Assembly: GCA_946965045.2 (NCBI GenBank)
Contig: OX337231.1
Location: forward strand, 1,054,001 to 1,118,000
Direction of reading: 5' to 3'
Length of the DNA stretch: 64,000 bases
Source: Epithemia pelagica
Lineage: Eukaryota; Protista; Bacillariophyta
A program made the position numbers and the translations under genes. Shown here piece after piece: positions 33,420-44,495 of this stretch; the stretch's first letter is position 1, and every line of letters begins with the position of its first letter. The notes under the pieces were generated by a model that ran no database searches, was not told where the DNA came from, and worked only from the letters and a program-made list of their open reading frames with translations.

Positions 33420-36400
33420 GATTGCTAGAATTCTTGCTGACTACATTTTTTGCCCTGTTCTGTTAGCTTTGGCTGATGTTGCATCTCCCATTGAAGCTGC
33501 TGTATCCCAGTGACAGAAAGGTCCAAAATATCATCATTGGATCACAATTGATGTGTGCATCTAACATTAAGATCCCCTGGAGTAATATGCAGTGACCAGT
33601 AACACAAAATCTGGTGTCGACTTTCCGGATGTCAACAATATAGTCTTCTAAGACATACTCCTTCTGTATGATAACAATATAGTCTTCCATGGCTTTTCCC
33701 AGAGCTTGGAAGATTGCTTCAGCCCCAATGCCACCCCTTAGACATCCTCCTTCTGTATGATCATTTCCTTAAGACACAAGACGATGCAAAGCAGCGTGGC
33801 TTCTAGAAGTCGAGATGAAGAGTGTTGGGAAAGTGGTGTGGGGGATCCTTGCCATGAAAGGTGTTGAAAAGTGTTTCGTCCGGTGCTGAAAAGTGTTTCG
33901 TCCGGTGCACCAAAAGAGGGACCAAACAGGTGATTGATGTGCTATAAAAAGGGTGCATCTGGTGTCTGGTGTGAAAAACACGTCCCATGAGCACCTAACA
34001 GTACGTTGTAGTTCATAGTAATAAACCAAACTCATGCATGGAGGACGGACCGGAGCAGTCATTTGAGAGAGAGGGGATATAGAAACAGAGCCTACAGCTA
34101 CTACACTACATAAAAAGTTGCCATGAGGCCCATTTGAGTACAGTCCCATATTTGAATGGAAATTGGCAAAGGAGCCGATGGACAAGAGAAGGAAAGACAC
34201 TGGCAGTGTGCGGAGTAGATTGGAAACAGTGGCAGGAGCTGCGACTGCTGGAGCATCCTGTGATGATGGTGAACTGGGCTGTGACAAAGAAGACATATCA
34301 TTCCTCTGTGGACCGGGTGATGGAGCAGCATCCGGTCGACCGAGCAAAGGAACAGATCCAGCTGAAGGTACAGCTCCCTCTAATGACAAGACAGGAGGAC
34401 CAGGGACTCGGAAAGGAAAGAGAGCTGCAATGCAGAAGATTCTCAATGGAATGAAGAATTCAATAATGAGAATGACGATGCATGCTGGAAACAACATTAT
34501 CCTACAGGAAGTCTTGTGAGTAAGTGTTGTGTGCAATTGATGGAGGACTGCAATAATCATGCCAATTGCTCTAATGAGGGTGCTTGTTGGATGAAGTTAG
34601 TAGGTGAAACACTTGCTTATGACGTTTTGCTCCTTGCGGACACGTCTTCATCCAAGGTTTCCACAGGAACTGTGGACAGGCAATGTAAAACTGTCTGCAA
34701 GATGATAACCATTGTGAAAAACCCAAGTGCAACCATCATGTGAGAAGTTGCTCCCTGTTAGAGATGAAGTATTCATTCTGACCATCCCTGTAGATTGTTT
34801 GGATTTGTGGTCCCACACAGCGAGGGAAAGTGGCCAAGGAAAAATCAGTGATTTGAATGCAACGTGACATAAAGAAATTTCATTCAGACAACGATTGATA
34901 TGATGGCATCAAATCATTGAGAGGCATGAATGAGGAGGGCATGGACTTTCTTGAATCTATGGAAATGAAACTCGCACAAAAGGTCAGATGTGGTGATTGT
35001 AGTAACATGTTCATGACGTTTCTGTGACAGAGTTACTGCACGCGGATTTGGTACGCTCCTGAAGACAATTCTGGGGGTAGATTTCAAAAAGAGTAAACAT
35101 ATACTCACAAAATGCATTGGAATTCACCCGTTTTCACCAACTCCTCTATATAGATTGATGTATATTGCACGCCTCATTCATTTTTGCCTGGTTGCTGGAA
35201 GCTTTTGCTTGAGGCTGGGAGTATGCGCATGATGGTGATGCGGCATTAATATTGATGAGCGCATGAACTGGAAAAAATGCGCCTGTTGGTTCTTGAGTGC
35301 ACATGAAGTTGAAGTCGGTGCTATGTGGTTCGTGCGCTTGCTGATTTTGGACATGCGCGTGCTCTCAGTAGGACGCGCGGATGATCCCAGTAGGTTGCGC
35401 TTAGGGGTGCTTTCTTCTCGATAATTAAACCGCCGTAAACCGGCGTACCGTTCCCTCCTTAGATGGTTGCATTGCATGGTGTCAAGGAGGGGTTAACAGC
35501 AGAAACCATAATGTGGTGATCTCTGCAACCATAATGTGGTGATCTCTGTAATAGGCCAACAAAATCATATTCAAAAACTGAATGCATTGTTTTTCTGAAG
35601 CATTTAAACAGCTCTCAGAGACGCAATCTTCCTTCTTGACGTTGCATCATATCCAAAATCAAAGGCTCATCATGCTGACCAAAAGATGTTGATAGATCTT
35701 TCAGAAGGAGAAACCAACGGCTATATTGTTGATATCCTGAATGAAGAGGACAACCCTTTTGTTTGTTACTGGTTTCTTGTATGTTCCAAAGAATGGCACT
35801 GAAATCAGTATAGCCAGACCAACAAGAGCCACCCACTCCCAGCGGCTCACACCGGTGAGTGTGTGCTGAAGCACTCCCAGTTTGTGCATATAATGTGCTT
35901 ACCAGTTTACAACTAAGTGAACTTTGTTTAGCACTTTTTTCTATCTCAATACAGGGCTACTGTAGTCTTCATGTGATTGTCGAGTATCACTTCTTGGGGC
36001 TTCTGTATCACAGATTGTTGGGCATTTTAAAATCCTCAGTGAGGCTTCAGCAGTCGCTTTCAGACTCACTGAGTGAATGCCCAAGCAGCATGTGATTCTC
36101 ATTGTTGCTTCCAGTATCTTGCTGTTGCTGAGCCAGTTGTCATGGCTCACCATGATGATGTACATGCATGCCAATTTGCAGATAACTGGACAAGACGATT
36201 GAAATGGTGACGACCACCTTCCCCCAGAGCACCCGGCAGCCATGGAATTTTGGCGTTTTCTAAAATTTCTTCGGACAGTATTCATCCAAGACAATGGCTG
36301 CCATGATATGTCTCATACAGTCCTCTGAGGACCCCCGTGCACAGAGAAGACTTTCATACAGTCCTCTGAGGACCCCTGTGCACAGAGAAGACTCTCTCAC

Positions 36401-37434
36401 GTCCCCTACATTTTGGGAATTCACCAAGTCTATGAGTGAGCAGTTGCTCAAAGAAAACGGCATTAACAACAACCCCGGTGTTGTTCTTATTGGTGATTGG
36501 TGTATTCCTGGACTCAACAAACAATTTGACCAAGTGGCAGACGGTAGGCTCACGGAAATGTCATCTGCAAAGAATGGCATCTATCATCTGGTGTTGTGTC
36601 TGCATTCCCATACGTGTTCCACAGCAACAACCCAGTGTCCCTGTCCGGCATAATGTCACTCACAAATGACACTGGGGTGTCCCCAGCATCTATAAACTGG
36701 GTTACAAAGAGATGAGATTTGCAATAATTTGTCTTGCCCATTCTTGTCCTGCTTCCCTGGTGTTCTCTTCTTATGTGTCAAAGTGGTACATGAATTGTTT
36801 CCAATACCTCAACTCGTTCACAAGAGTTTTTCTTCACTTACCAGAGATCAATGAATGTTCTTCAGAAATGGATGCATAAATGCTGCCTTGGATGACCCAC
36901 TTGGTGTAACTGTTTTCATGTACATGAAAGCCAAATCATTTCCACAGACCTTGTTGTATCACATTGTTTGCATTATCATCATTGACTTGATTCTCCTCAT
37001 ACCCAATCACTTGCCAATGTTTAGAATTCAATGCATCCATGATTATAGCACCAGACTGTTTCCGATCAGCTAACACCTTCAACTCTAAGTCTGCCAATCA
37101 ATGTAGTCCATGTTCATTCATCTTCCTTGACTCACCCACACCCCTCAAAGACAATGAGTGAAGTCTAGATATGTTGGAATGGAGTTCCAAGATTCATCAT
37201 TCAGAAGGTTGAGGCAGAATCCTAATGGAGGTCATGATGGAATTGTTGAGGGGAAATGATGAGACATTGGTCAAATTGGTGGAATGAATGGAACCTGTTT
37301 TTTACTCATCAAATGTACCCTGGCACAGCTGTTCGGTAAAGATCTAGATAAATCAAATACTTTCCATCAGGAATTCTTAAAGATATGATGGGCCTCCCCC
37401 TGGTGACGACCACGATCCAAACAGGCTTATGCCT

Positions 37435-37700
37435 TCAATCCCTTGGTTCCCTCAGGTACTTGAGCTGACTCTGGTAAATCCACATGTCTAAGTCGCCCTT
37501 CAGCACATGGCTCTTAGTCCCATCCTGTTGGATTCGGATTGATATGTGATTGTGGTCAGAGACAGGCCAGTTACATACAATATCTGGTACAATCTTCTCC
37601 AGTAGTATACACCTGTAACATTCTCGATCGATTGATTTGTTCTTTGACACCAGGGTGCCCTTGGGTTGGTTTACTGAACACCTCTACGCTGGAACCCAAT
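37435..37700 (-). pseudogene. Mariner (plant/Stowaway-type) transposase fragment
   Basis: IDRECYRCILLEKIVPDIVCNWP...IRIQQDGTKSH matches the V.KE.YR..L..KV.PAI...WP....IQQDNA.PH pattern. Confidence 0.7.
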
Positions 37701-38002
37701 CATCTGCTATCAGCCAAGCTTCTTTAATTCAGCCATTGTTACACGACCATCATACTGGCTACATTGATTGTTGTGTCTACTAGCAGGCAGATTGTCTGCC
37801 TCAAAGCCATCTTTCTCCCACTGCAGCCTCCACAATCATTGGCACCACCTCTCCTGCCATGGAAGTGCAGAACACAGATTGTTGTTGTTGGGGTTGGGAT
37901 TGCTATCCTTTGGAGACAAAAATTAAAATCAATATTGAGATCTGTGATTTGTTCAAACTATTTACCATACAATACTCTGCACTGCCATGTTGCGACACCA
38001 GG

Positions 38003-38200
38003 TTGTTTGCTTTGATTCTTGTTCTTTGATGACGTAGTTGACGCAACAAACAGTCTTTATTTCGTGCCAGGCCAAAATCTCAGCCAGGACAAGCACGATT
38101 TTTGTTTGCTTTGATTCTTGTTCTTTGATGACGTAGTTGACGCAACAAACAGTCTTTATTTCGTGCCAGGCCAAAATCTCAGCCAGGACAAGCACGATTT
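38003..38200. repeat. Two-copy 99-bp tandem repeat
   Basis: ttgtttgctttgattcttg...caagcacgattt occurs twice, identical. Confidence 0.92.
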
Positions 38201-38657
38201 TTGTCTGTCTGTCACACCAAACTTTGGCCCAGGCCAATGGCCGGCCATAAGTAGCATGCTTCTATTCATAGGATAATGGGTCGTTATTTTCACCAGGCCA
38301 ACGGTCTGCAAGTCATCCAATGCACCGTGACTAAGCGCATGCCCTCTTCACGTACATAGGTGAAATATCTACACTTGCGCCCAGACGTTATCGCCAACCT
38401 ACGCTTTCTCTTGTCATTGCCGACGCGCATTGGTCCAATAACAGTGTATTCTTGAGCATTTTTGTTTCATTGGTGTGCCAAACGACAACAAATGAACACC
38501 AAACGATCCATTGAACAAAAACCATCCTATGTAGGTCCATTCTATCGTAGGACATGTAGGAGCAGTAGGAAAAACTAGAACTAAACGAAATAACAATGCC
38601 TATGTTGTTGTTATCATAATTTTGGGCAAGGACCAGTTGTTATCATCCACAACAACA

Positions 38658-41385
38658 ATGCCATCGCCTCCATCACGTCGTCGTCGTGGTACTCCCCGCA
38701 ACGAGGACCTCGACTCTGTCTCACCCCAGAGCACCCCTGAGCAAACATCCACCCCCAGTCCGAGACGAACTCCCAGTCCGAGACGATCCGCGACCCGAGG
38801 AAAAACCTCCACTGACGATGCACCCGTGACTCGTGACCAAAATACTGGTGGTGGCCATATTCTGGAGGTAAATGCGTTTATGGACCATGACGAGTTCGAC
38901 CGAATGATGGATGTGTTTACGAGTTCTGTGCGTCGTACCCTCGATAATGCGAACACTCGGAAGGCTTACGCGAGCAAGATCAAAGAGTATTTGAAATATT
39001 GCAAAAGTCCTTACCCAAACCACCTGACACTGTCGGAACGATATCTCGTGGACGAGCCTGGGTTGGCCTATTTTATGTTTTATATTGTTTTTCGTGAAAA
39101 ATCCTCTGGTAAACGAAAAAAGGTGTCTTTGACTACGAAGATTTTCAGCTAGTCTTACAGACATATGGAGCTTTGTACAGTCGGATCAAGCATGATCCTA
39201 AATGCAAACTTCCCCCCGACCAGGTTGACCCAAAGAACCCTCTATCGGAAGCTACTGCCTTGTTATACAAGAGTGCTCTTCGGCGGCCGGCGAGACATCA
39301 TGGGACCAACATTTAGACACTTCGCCTGTCAAGAGGCTTATCAAAATAGCAAAGGTCAGTACCGCATGTCACGCATCCCTCCTAAGTATACATGACGTCT
39401 CTCACCAATCACTTATATTTCCAGTGCCGCTAGACACGTGTCCGTAAGAGGAGTTACAAAGAAAAAGTGAATGAGACTTCCCCCTTCGAGCACTTCGAGA
39501 TGATTGATAAGATTGAGTTTTCGTTTTGGTCCCGTGGCTGCAGCGAATCAGATTCATTCAATTCGAAGAAATCTCTGTTTGCATCTCTCCACCATCGATT
39601 CTCGTTCCTGATGAATTAGTATGCCTCGATCTTACGAAGCGAGAGTCTACATCTGGCAGAACTGTCGGACCTACGTGTCTTTGCCATCAAGCGACCGGCT
39701 AATATAGACAAAATGGCAGTGGTACTTATGGAATGTCAAACTGGTAAGACGATCAAAGCCGGATCTCCCTCGCAGTTTGCCCGTGCCACGCGCCACAAGA
39801 ATGTCATGTGCTGTCACATTGGTGCGTTGGCGATGTATCTATTCCTGCGTTTTCATGTCACCGAAGAATTTAATGGACGTGCCGACCACCCCGACCTTCG
39901 ACAGAATTCTTCTTGGTTCGATTTCAAGATACTGGTGTCAGGAGAAGGTTCCCCTACCACTTCCGTGAAAGTTTCGAACTTTCGCTCAGAGATTGACTCC
40001 ATTTTTGGAGAGTTAGGAATCGTGTCGGACTACTCAACTCACTGGTGCCGGCACATTGCCCCCACACATTGTGAGTTCAAAGAAGTAAGCCCCGAGTTTA
40101 TCAAGAAACTTGGTACATCCCTACTGATATTCACACGATCATTTATAACCCTTACCGATTACTAACCATTCCCTGCCATTCTCCCAGGAAACTGGGATCG
40201 CGACACCCAAGAGACCCGGCACTCATCTAAAATCCCTATCACCGCAATACGATGTATGGCTGGATTCGAGCAGTCTGACGGGTATTGGCTGCCTCGGGGT
40301 AGACTGGAAGTCCCCAAAGAGCTATCAGATCAAATATGGCCATGGCTAGAAGAGAAAGAAGAATGGGTACTTAGTGATTTAACAGATTCAGAGAGAACAC
40401 AAAATGTCAACGCGCGGAAAAAGCACCCTACTGCTGTATGCTTCCTTCACTTTCTTCGGTTCTTAAGAGATGTTCTGATCCAAGACATGGCTGCCATCCT
40501 CAGTCAACTGGAGAACTGTGACGACACAGACAAGGACGAATGCAAACTTTGAAGAGCCACGTACTGTTCACTGATTTCGACATTTTCAAGTCCGCTTAAA
40601 GACGAGATGCACATGCATTTAACTAAGCCCGCGAACAACGAAGAAGACCAGAAAGCCAAGTCCATAGAGAGAGCACTCCAATGTGGAGAACAGTATGTTG
40701 AAACAGACGATGGAGAAACTCTTTTTCGAGATCGACCACACTAAGGAGTCCATCACCCAGAACACGCAACAATCCATCGTCCAGTATCTCCAAGACATGG
40801 AAGCCCGGATCAACTTGGAATCAGATCGAAAGTTCCGAAGGTACCAGGAACACATCACACAGTCTTTCCGAACGATTATTGGGGGAAGTGTGAATGCATT
40901 GTCAACAGCGCACGAATTGGCGGCAGATGCTACCTTGGACGGAAGCGAGCCCCAATGACGACGACCATCCAATGCCGGTTCCCGAAAACTTCACCGACCT
41001 GACCAATCACATCTCTCCAACCCAACTGCCCTCTCCCGAACAGCACCCCCCCCCCCCCCCCCCCCCCCCAACCGATCCATTCGCAGCTGCTTTCCCAATG
41101 TCTCCTCCGCCGAATCGTTCTCCTATACTTGATTCTACAAATCCGAACCCATCTTCACTAATCACAAATGGCAGAGAACTGATACAACCAAATGTGACAA
41201 CTCCGTCTCCACCAATCGCCAATCCGCAAGTCACTCCCGCGCAGTCACTGAACGACGCAGATGCCTTCATCGGAATGAAACTACCATGCACGCTGGTGGA
41301 TAAAGGCCGACTCATGATGAGGCGTGTATACGAAGAATTCTTCGGACTCCGAGACCAACAGGACGTACCCATTCCTCTTGGGTTC
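38658..41385 (+). pseudogene. Crypton tyrosine recombinase (Ndc10-II-like) with C-terminal GCR1-like domain; frameshifted, 3' truncated
   Basis: aacaacaATG at 38658; RKAYASKIKEY; ILRSESL; GKT; RHK.V.CC.IGALA.YLFLRF; THWCRH; intron 40113-40187 (branch actaac) joining LG/NW; MAGF..Y.LPRG; VYEEFFGL..VPIP. The catalytic Tyr position reads His (40220-40222). Confidence 0.85.
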
Positions 41386-42179
41386 CATGGACCAAAGTCT
41401 ATCTGTCCGTCACCGTCACATGGAACATTCCCCATCATGGGTGGAGACCATGCTGCATTCGGTATGTCCATAGAAGCACAGAACGTAGGAATTCTCCGAC
41501 GCCCACCAGGCAGTGGCGACCTGTCTTCAATCCCAATCACCAAAGACACAGAGACACCCATCTGGAGTACTTTTTGAGGGTGAGTAGTATTAGCGACACT
41601 CTCCAAATGTGTGACTGACTCCAACACCCAGTCGTTCCCAGTGAGCGGTGAGGTAGCAATGCGAAGGATCGGTTGTCCAGAACAGTACTGGAACCACGTG
41701 CACATTACCTGCATCTTGTAGTAGTCCTGACACTGTGTCTCATTGAAGTTAAAAGGTGAGTATTTAAAAAAATCAAGTCTCACTAAATGTGCCCCATCTA
41801 TAGGTGCGACACGGAACTCCTGACGTTCATGCCAAAACCTCTTTAAGGGCGCTTCGGGTTGTACCGCGTCACAACGATCTTCCCAGTCACCAGTCACGTC
41901 TTGGCCCAAATACCTTAGCGTTTCAAATGTAATCTTCTTCGAACTTCTGTAGTCACCAGGAAACATCCCATGAAAGGTGTAATACTTATTGATATGTTGT
42001 TTCTGATCATGGTCGTGCTTCTCCCAAAATACACGCTGCTCCATACCCCGCACATCCGGAAACAACGTAGGCAACGGAGCAAGTGCAGTATCATTCAGCG
42101 TACTATCCGTGCAGACCATACGACCCATCTCGCCTGGGTTGTTTTGGGTCGTAAAATTCTCGTCAATTTCTGCTTCCAT
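41007..42179 (-). CDS. Orphan ORF convergent with the Crypton gene; the last ~125 codons are antisense read-through into Crypton sequence
   Basis: ATG start; about 265 codons of globular, aromatic-rich sequence before the junction near 41385; no family recognised. Confidence 0.55.
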   Translation of the reverse strand: MEAEIDENFTTQNNPGEMGRMVCTDSTLNDTALAPLPTLFPDVRGMEQRVFWEKHDHDQKQHINKYYTFHGMFPGDYRSSKKITFETLRYLGQDVTGDWEDRCDAVQPEAPLKRFWHERQEFRVAPIDGAHLVRLDFFKYSPFNFNETQCQDYYKMQVMCTWFQYCSGQPILRIATSPLTGNDWVLESVTHLESVANTTHPQKVLQMGVSVSLVIGIEDRSPLPGGRRRIPTFCASMDIPNAAWSPPMMGNVPCDGDGQIDFGPWNPRGMGTSCWSRSPKNSSYTRLIMSRPLSTSVHGSFIPMKASASFSDCAGVTCGLAIGGDGVVTFGCISSLPFVISEDGFGFVESSIGERFGGGDIGKAAANGSVGGGGGGGGCCSGEGSWVGEM

Positions 42180-42348
42180 ACTCTTATTTTATGACAACAG
42201 AAATTTATATTCTATCAAATACCAACACAATCGTGTAGACCTATCGTGTCGGATCATAAAATATGTGTCGACATATTTGTCGAATACAGTGAATCCTATA
42301 GCTCAATATTACGGGTTTCCTTCAAGACTCGCCACTTGTGCTTCGAGA

Positions 42349-42846
42349 TCACTCACACGTACTTTCTAAGGCCTGGAACTCGGCGATCATCTCGGCGATC
42401 ATCTGTTCGATATCAACATCCTTCTTGACGTCATCCTTGACTCCTTGGTGTTGAGACTGTGACAAACCGTCGTCAGATGTATGCCATGGCTCCTTCCCCT
42501 TGATTTTGCAAACGCCACGGCACTGACTCCAAAATTCATAGATCTTGTCAGAAGCTAAGTAGGAAGGGGCATATGCCCCAGGGTAGGCTTCCACATTCTT
42601 CGGCAAGAACGAACCATACTTGTTCTCCGCGAACGTCACCGTCACACGACTCAGAGACTTGCCAGGTTCTTCTTCCTTTTCTGTTTTATGAAAGGTTCCA
42701 TCCGTTGGCTCTCCTGAGTGCGAGTTTAGAGCCGTCGGGCTCACATTCACATAGGCATTTCTGTAAGCCTTAACTATTGAATAACAGTTAGATGTAGTAT
42801 ACTTAGATAGTAAAGAATGCAGCCTTCTCTGTCGGCGTGCATCCAT
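42349..42846 (-). CDS. Orphan 165-aa ORF
   Basis: Intact ATG-to-stop ORF, tandem with the 42179 ORF; no family recognised. Confidence 0.5.
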   Translation of the reverse strand: MDARRQRRLHSLLSKYTTSNCYSIVKAYRNAYVNVSPTALNSHSGEPTDGTFHKTEKEEEPGKSLSRVTVTFAENKYGSFLPKNVEAYPGAYAPSYLASDKIYEFWSQCRGVCKIKGKEPWHTSDDGLSQSQHQGVKDDVKKDVDIEQMIAEMIAEFQALESTCE

Positions 42847-42898
42847 CTAAGAGGGCCAAAACGACCAAGAACAAAGAGCACGGAAAGACATCTTCACC

Positions 42899-43446
42899 AT
42901 GACGGACCACCGCGAATCTACAATGACAATGCTGGCCTGGATCAAGGCATCAATTGTTAAGGACGACGAAGAAGGCTTGCCCACAGACTACCTTTGGGGG
43001 TACATCGTTGCCTTGAAGGAAGAGTTGGAAGAAGAGATGTAGGAAGAACGCAACAAGCAACGAAAAAAGGACGACCATGGCAAAACCAACGAAAAAGCAA
43101 CGAAACAACGAACAATGGCACCAACAGCACAACTAGAAAGGAAGAAGACGAGTCCGTTTTCACGTTCCAAAAGATTCTGAACGTGGATATATCGGACGAC
43201 AAAGAGAAGGACGACGACGATCTGTTCAAGAAGCTCTGTAAAGAAAGAGACGAAAGCAAGCACAATGACGTAATCACCCCCCTCGAAGAGTACGACACGG
43301 GCATGATCGTCCTACACTACGGTCGCAAACGTCGTCGCAAGATCCATCCCAACGAGGGCCATGTGCCGAAATCACTGAAGCAAACCACGATGAAGTCTTT
43401 TTTCGGTGATAGCGCAAACAACAAAGGCATTCGGAAGGACGGATAA
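42899..43446 (+). pseudogene. Orphan basic/acidic protein with NLS (RKRRRK) and C-terminal PIP box (QTTMKSFF); interrupted by TAG at 43040-43042 and a frameshift
   Basis: caccATG at 42899, 52 bp from the divergent ATG at 42846; PIP box at 43381-43404. Confidence 0.5.
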
Positions 43447-43827
43447 GATGTACTAAAATATTGATAGTTATCGCAAATCTTTTATATAATTTAGTCTTGT
43501 CTTGGTTTACTCTGTGATTTTTTGTATCAGAGTGATAGTCTTGTGTAGTGGAGAATTTTGTCCACCGAATTAGTCCAGTCATTCACGGACAAATGTGTAG
43601 GGAGGCAAGACTAAGAACAAAACAAGATACAAACAAGACATCTGAACAAGACATCGGAGTCCAACATTATGTGTGACGCCTCTTTTGTCTTACTACGACA
43701 AAATTGAATCACTATCAAGACCAATCTTAACGGTTCCAGGTTTGAATCAGATTGTACTGGTCTGGAGGAGGCGGGCGCGGAGGAGGAGAGCAAGCCTATG
43801 AGTTTCGAGCCGAGCCATTACTTCAGT

Positions 43828-43850
43828 GGGCCAATCTTGCAGATTGGCCC
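43828..43850. other. Perfect inverted repeat GGGCCAATC-TTGCA-GATTGGCCC
   Basis: 9-bp arms with 5-bp spacer, downstream of the orphan ORF cluster. Confidence 0.7.
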
Positions 43851-44282
43851 CGTAGTGCGACGAAGGTTAACCTGAGCTAAACTCCAAAATGCCGAAGAAA
43901 ATAATGCCTCTTTTCTTTGTTGGTCACAATGTCCTCATTTGACTCATTTGAAAGTGAACACCATTCCAACAATGACATGCTAGTGAAGTTTTGGTCAAAG
44001 TTTGGGTTGTTAATCGGATTTTGGATCAAGTTGGATGAGTGAGGGGTGCTGCTTGTTTGTTTAAAGTCACATTCCGTGATGAAAGCACGCTGCTTGTTTG
44101 TTTAAAGTCACATTCAATGATGAAAGCACACAGATCCAAGTCACGTGTTGTCGTAGTCAAGGTCCCCTCCTTTGAGGGACATGTAGTCAGGGAGATCCTT
44201 CCAGTCATTCTTCTCATTGGAGTTGTCTTCATGGCCGTCACACAAAACACAACAATCAAAGTCTGTCTTCCAAGCTGCAACG

Positions 44283-44495
44283 TCAAATTCGAGTTTGTAT
44301 AAAAAGAACGTGCTTTGCAGTTCCGTGGGTGTCATTGCAACGCTTGCACACAGCGCACCAGTAGTAAGTGACGCCGTCCACAATCGTGGTTTCCGGCTCA
44401 TGGAAAGCCGGAAGAACGAGTTTCCAGGGATGGGCCTTCGTGCAGTCAAATCGAGTAAGGTTTGAATCGAGTAAGGTTCTTCTCACTGACTTCAA
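44283..44495 (-). pseudogene. LTR-retrotransposon gag C-terminal fragment
   Basis: WKLVLP..EPETTIVDGVTYYWCAVCKRCNDTHGTAKH resembles the WC-x2-C-x5-H-x4-H motif of diatom copia gag. Confidence 0.6.

Noticed and set aside
33769-34560. 263-aa minus-strand ORF and overlapping plus-strand ORFs
   Set aside because: Low complexity in CpG-depleted sequence, no recognisable motif, and no way to choose a coding strand.
35600-37100. Decayed transposase-like text on the minus strand
   Set aside because: No catalytic motif recognised with enough confidence to name a family.
38003-38200. Repeat arrays as possible CRISPR
   Set aside because: All repeats are contiguous two-copy duplications without unique spacers; the context is eukaryotic and there are no cas genes.
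41044-41069. Long poly-C tract
   Set aside because: It encodes a poly-Pro linker in the Crypton gene; its length may be a sequencing artefact.
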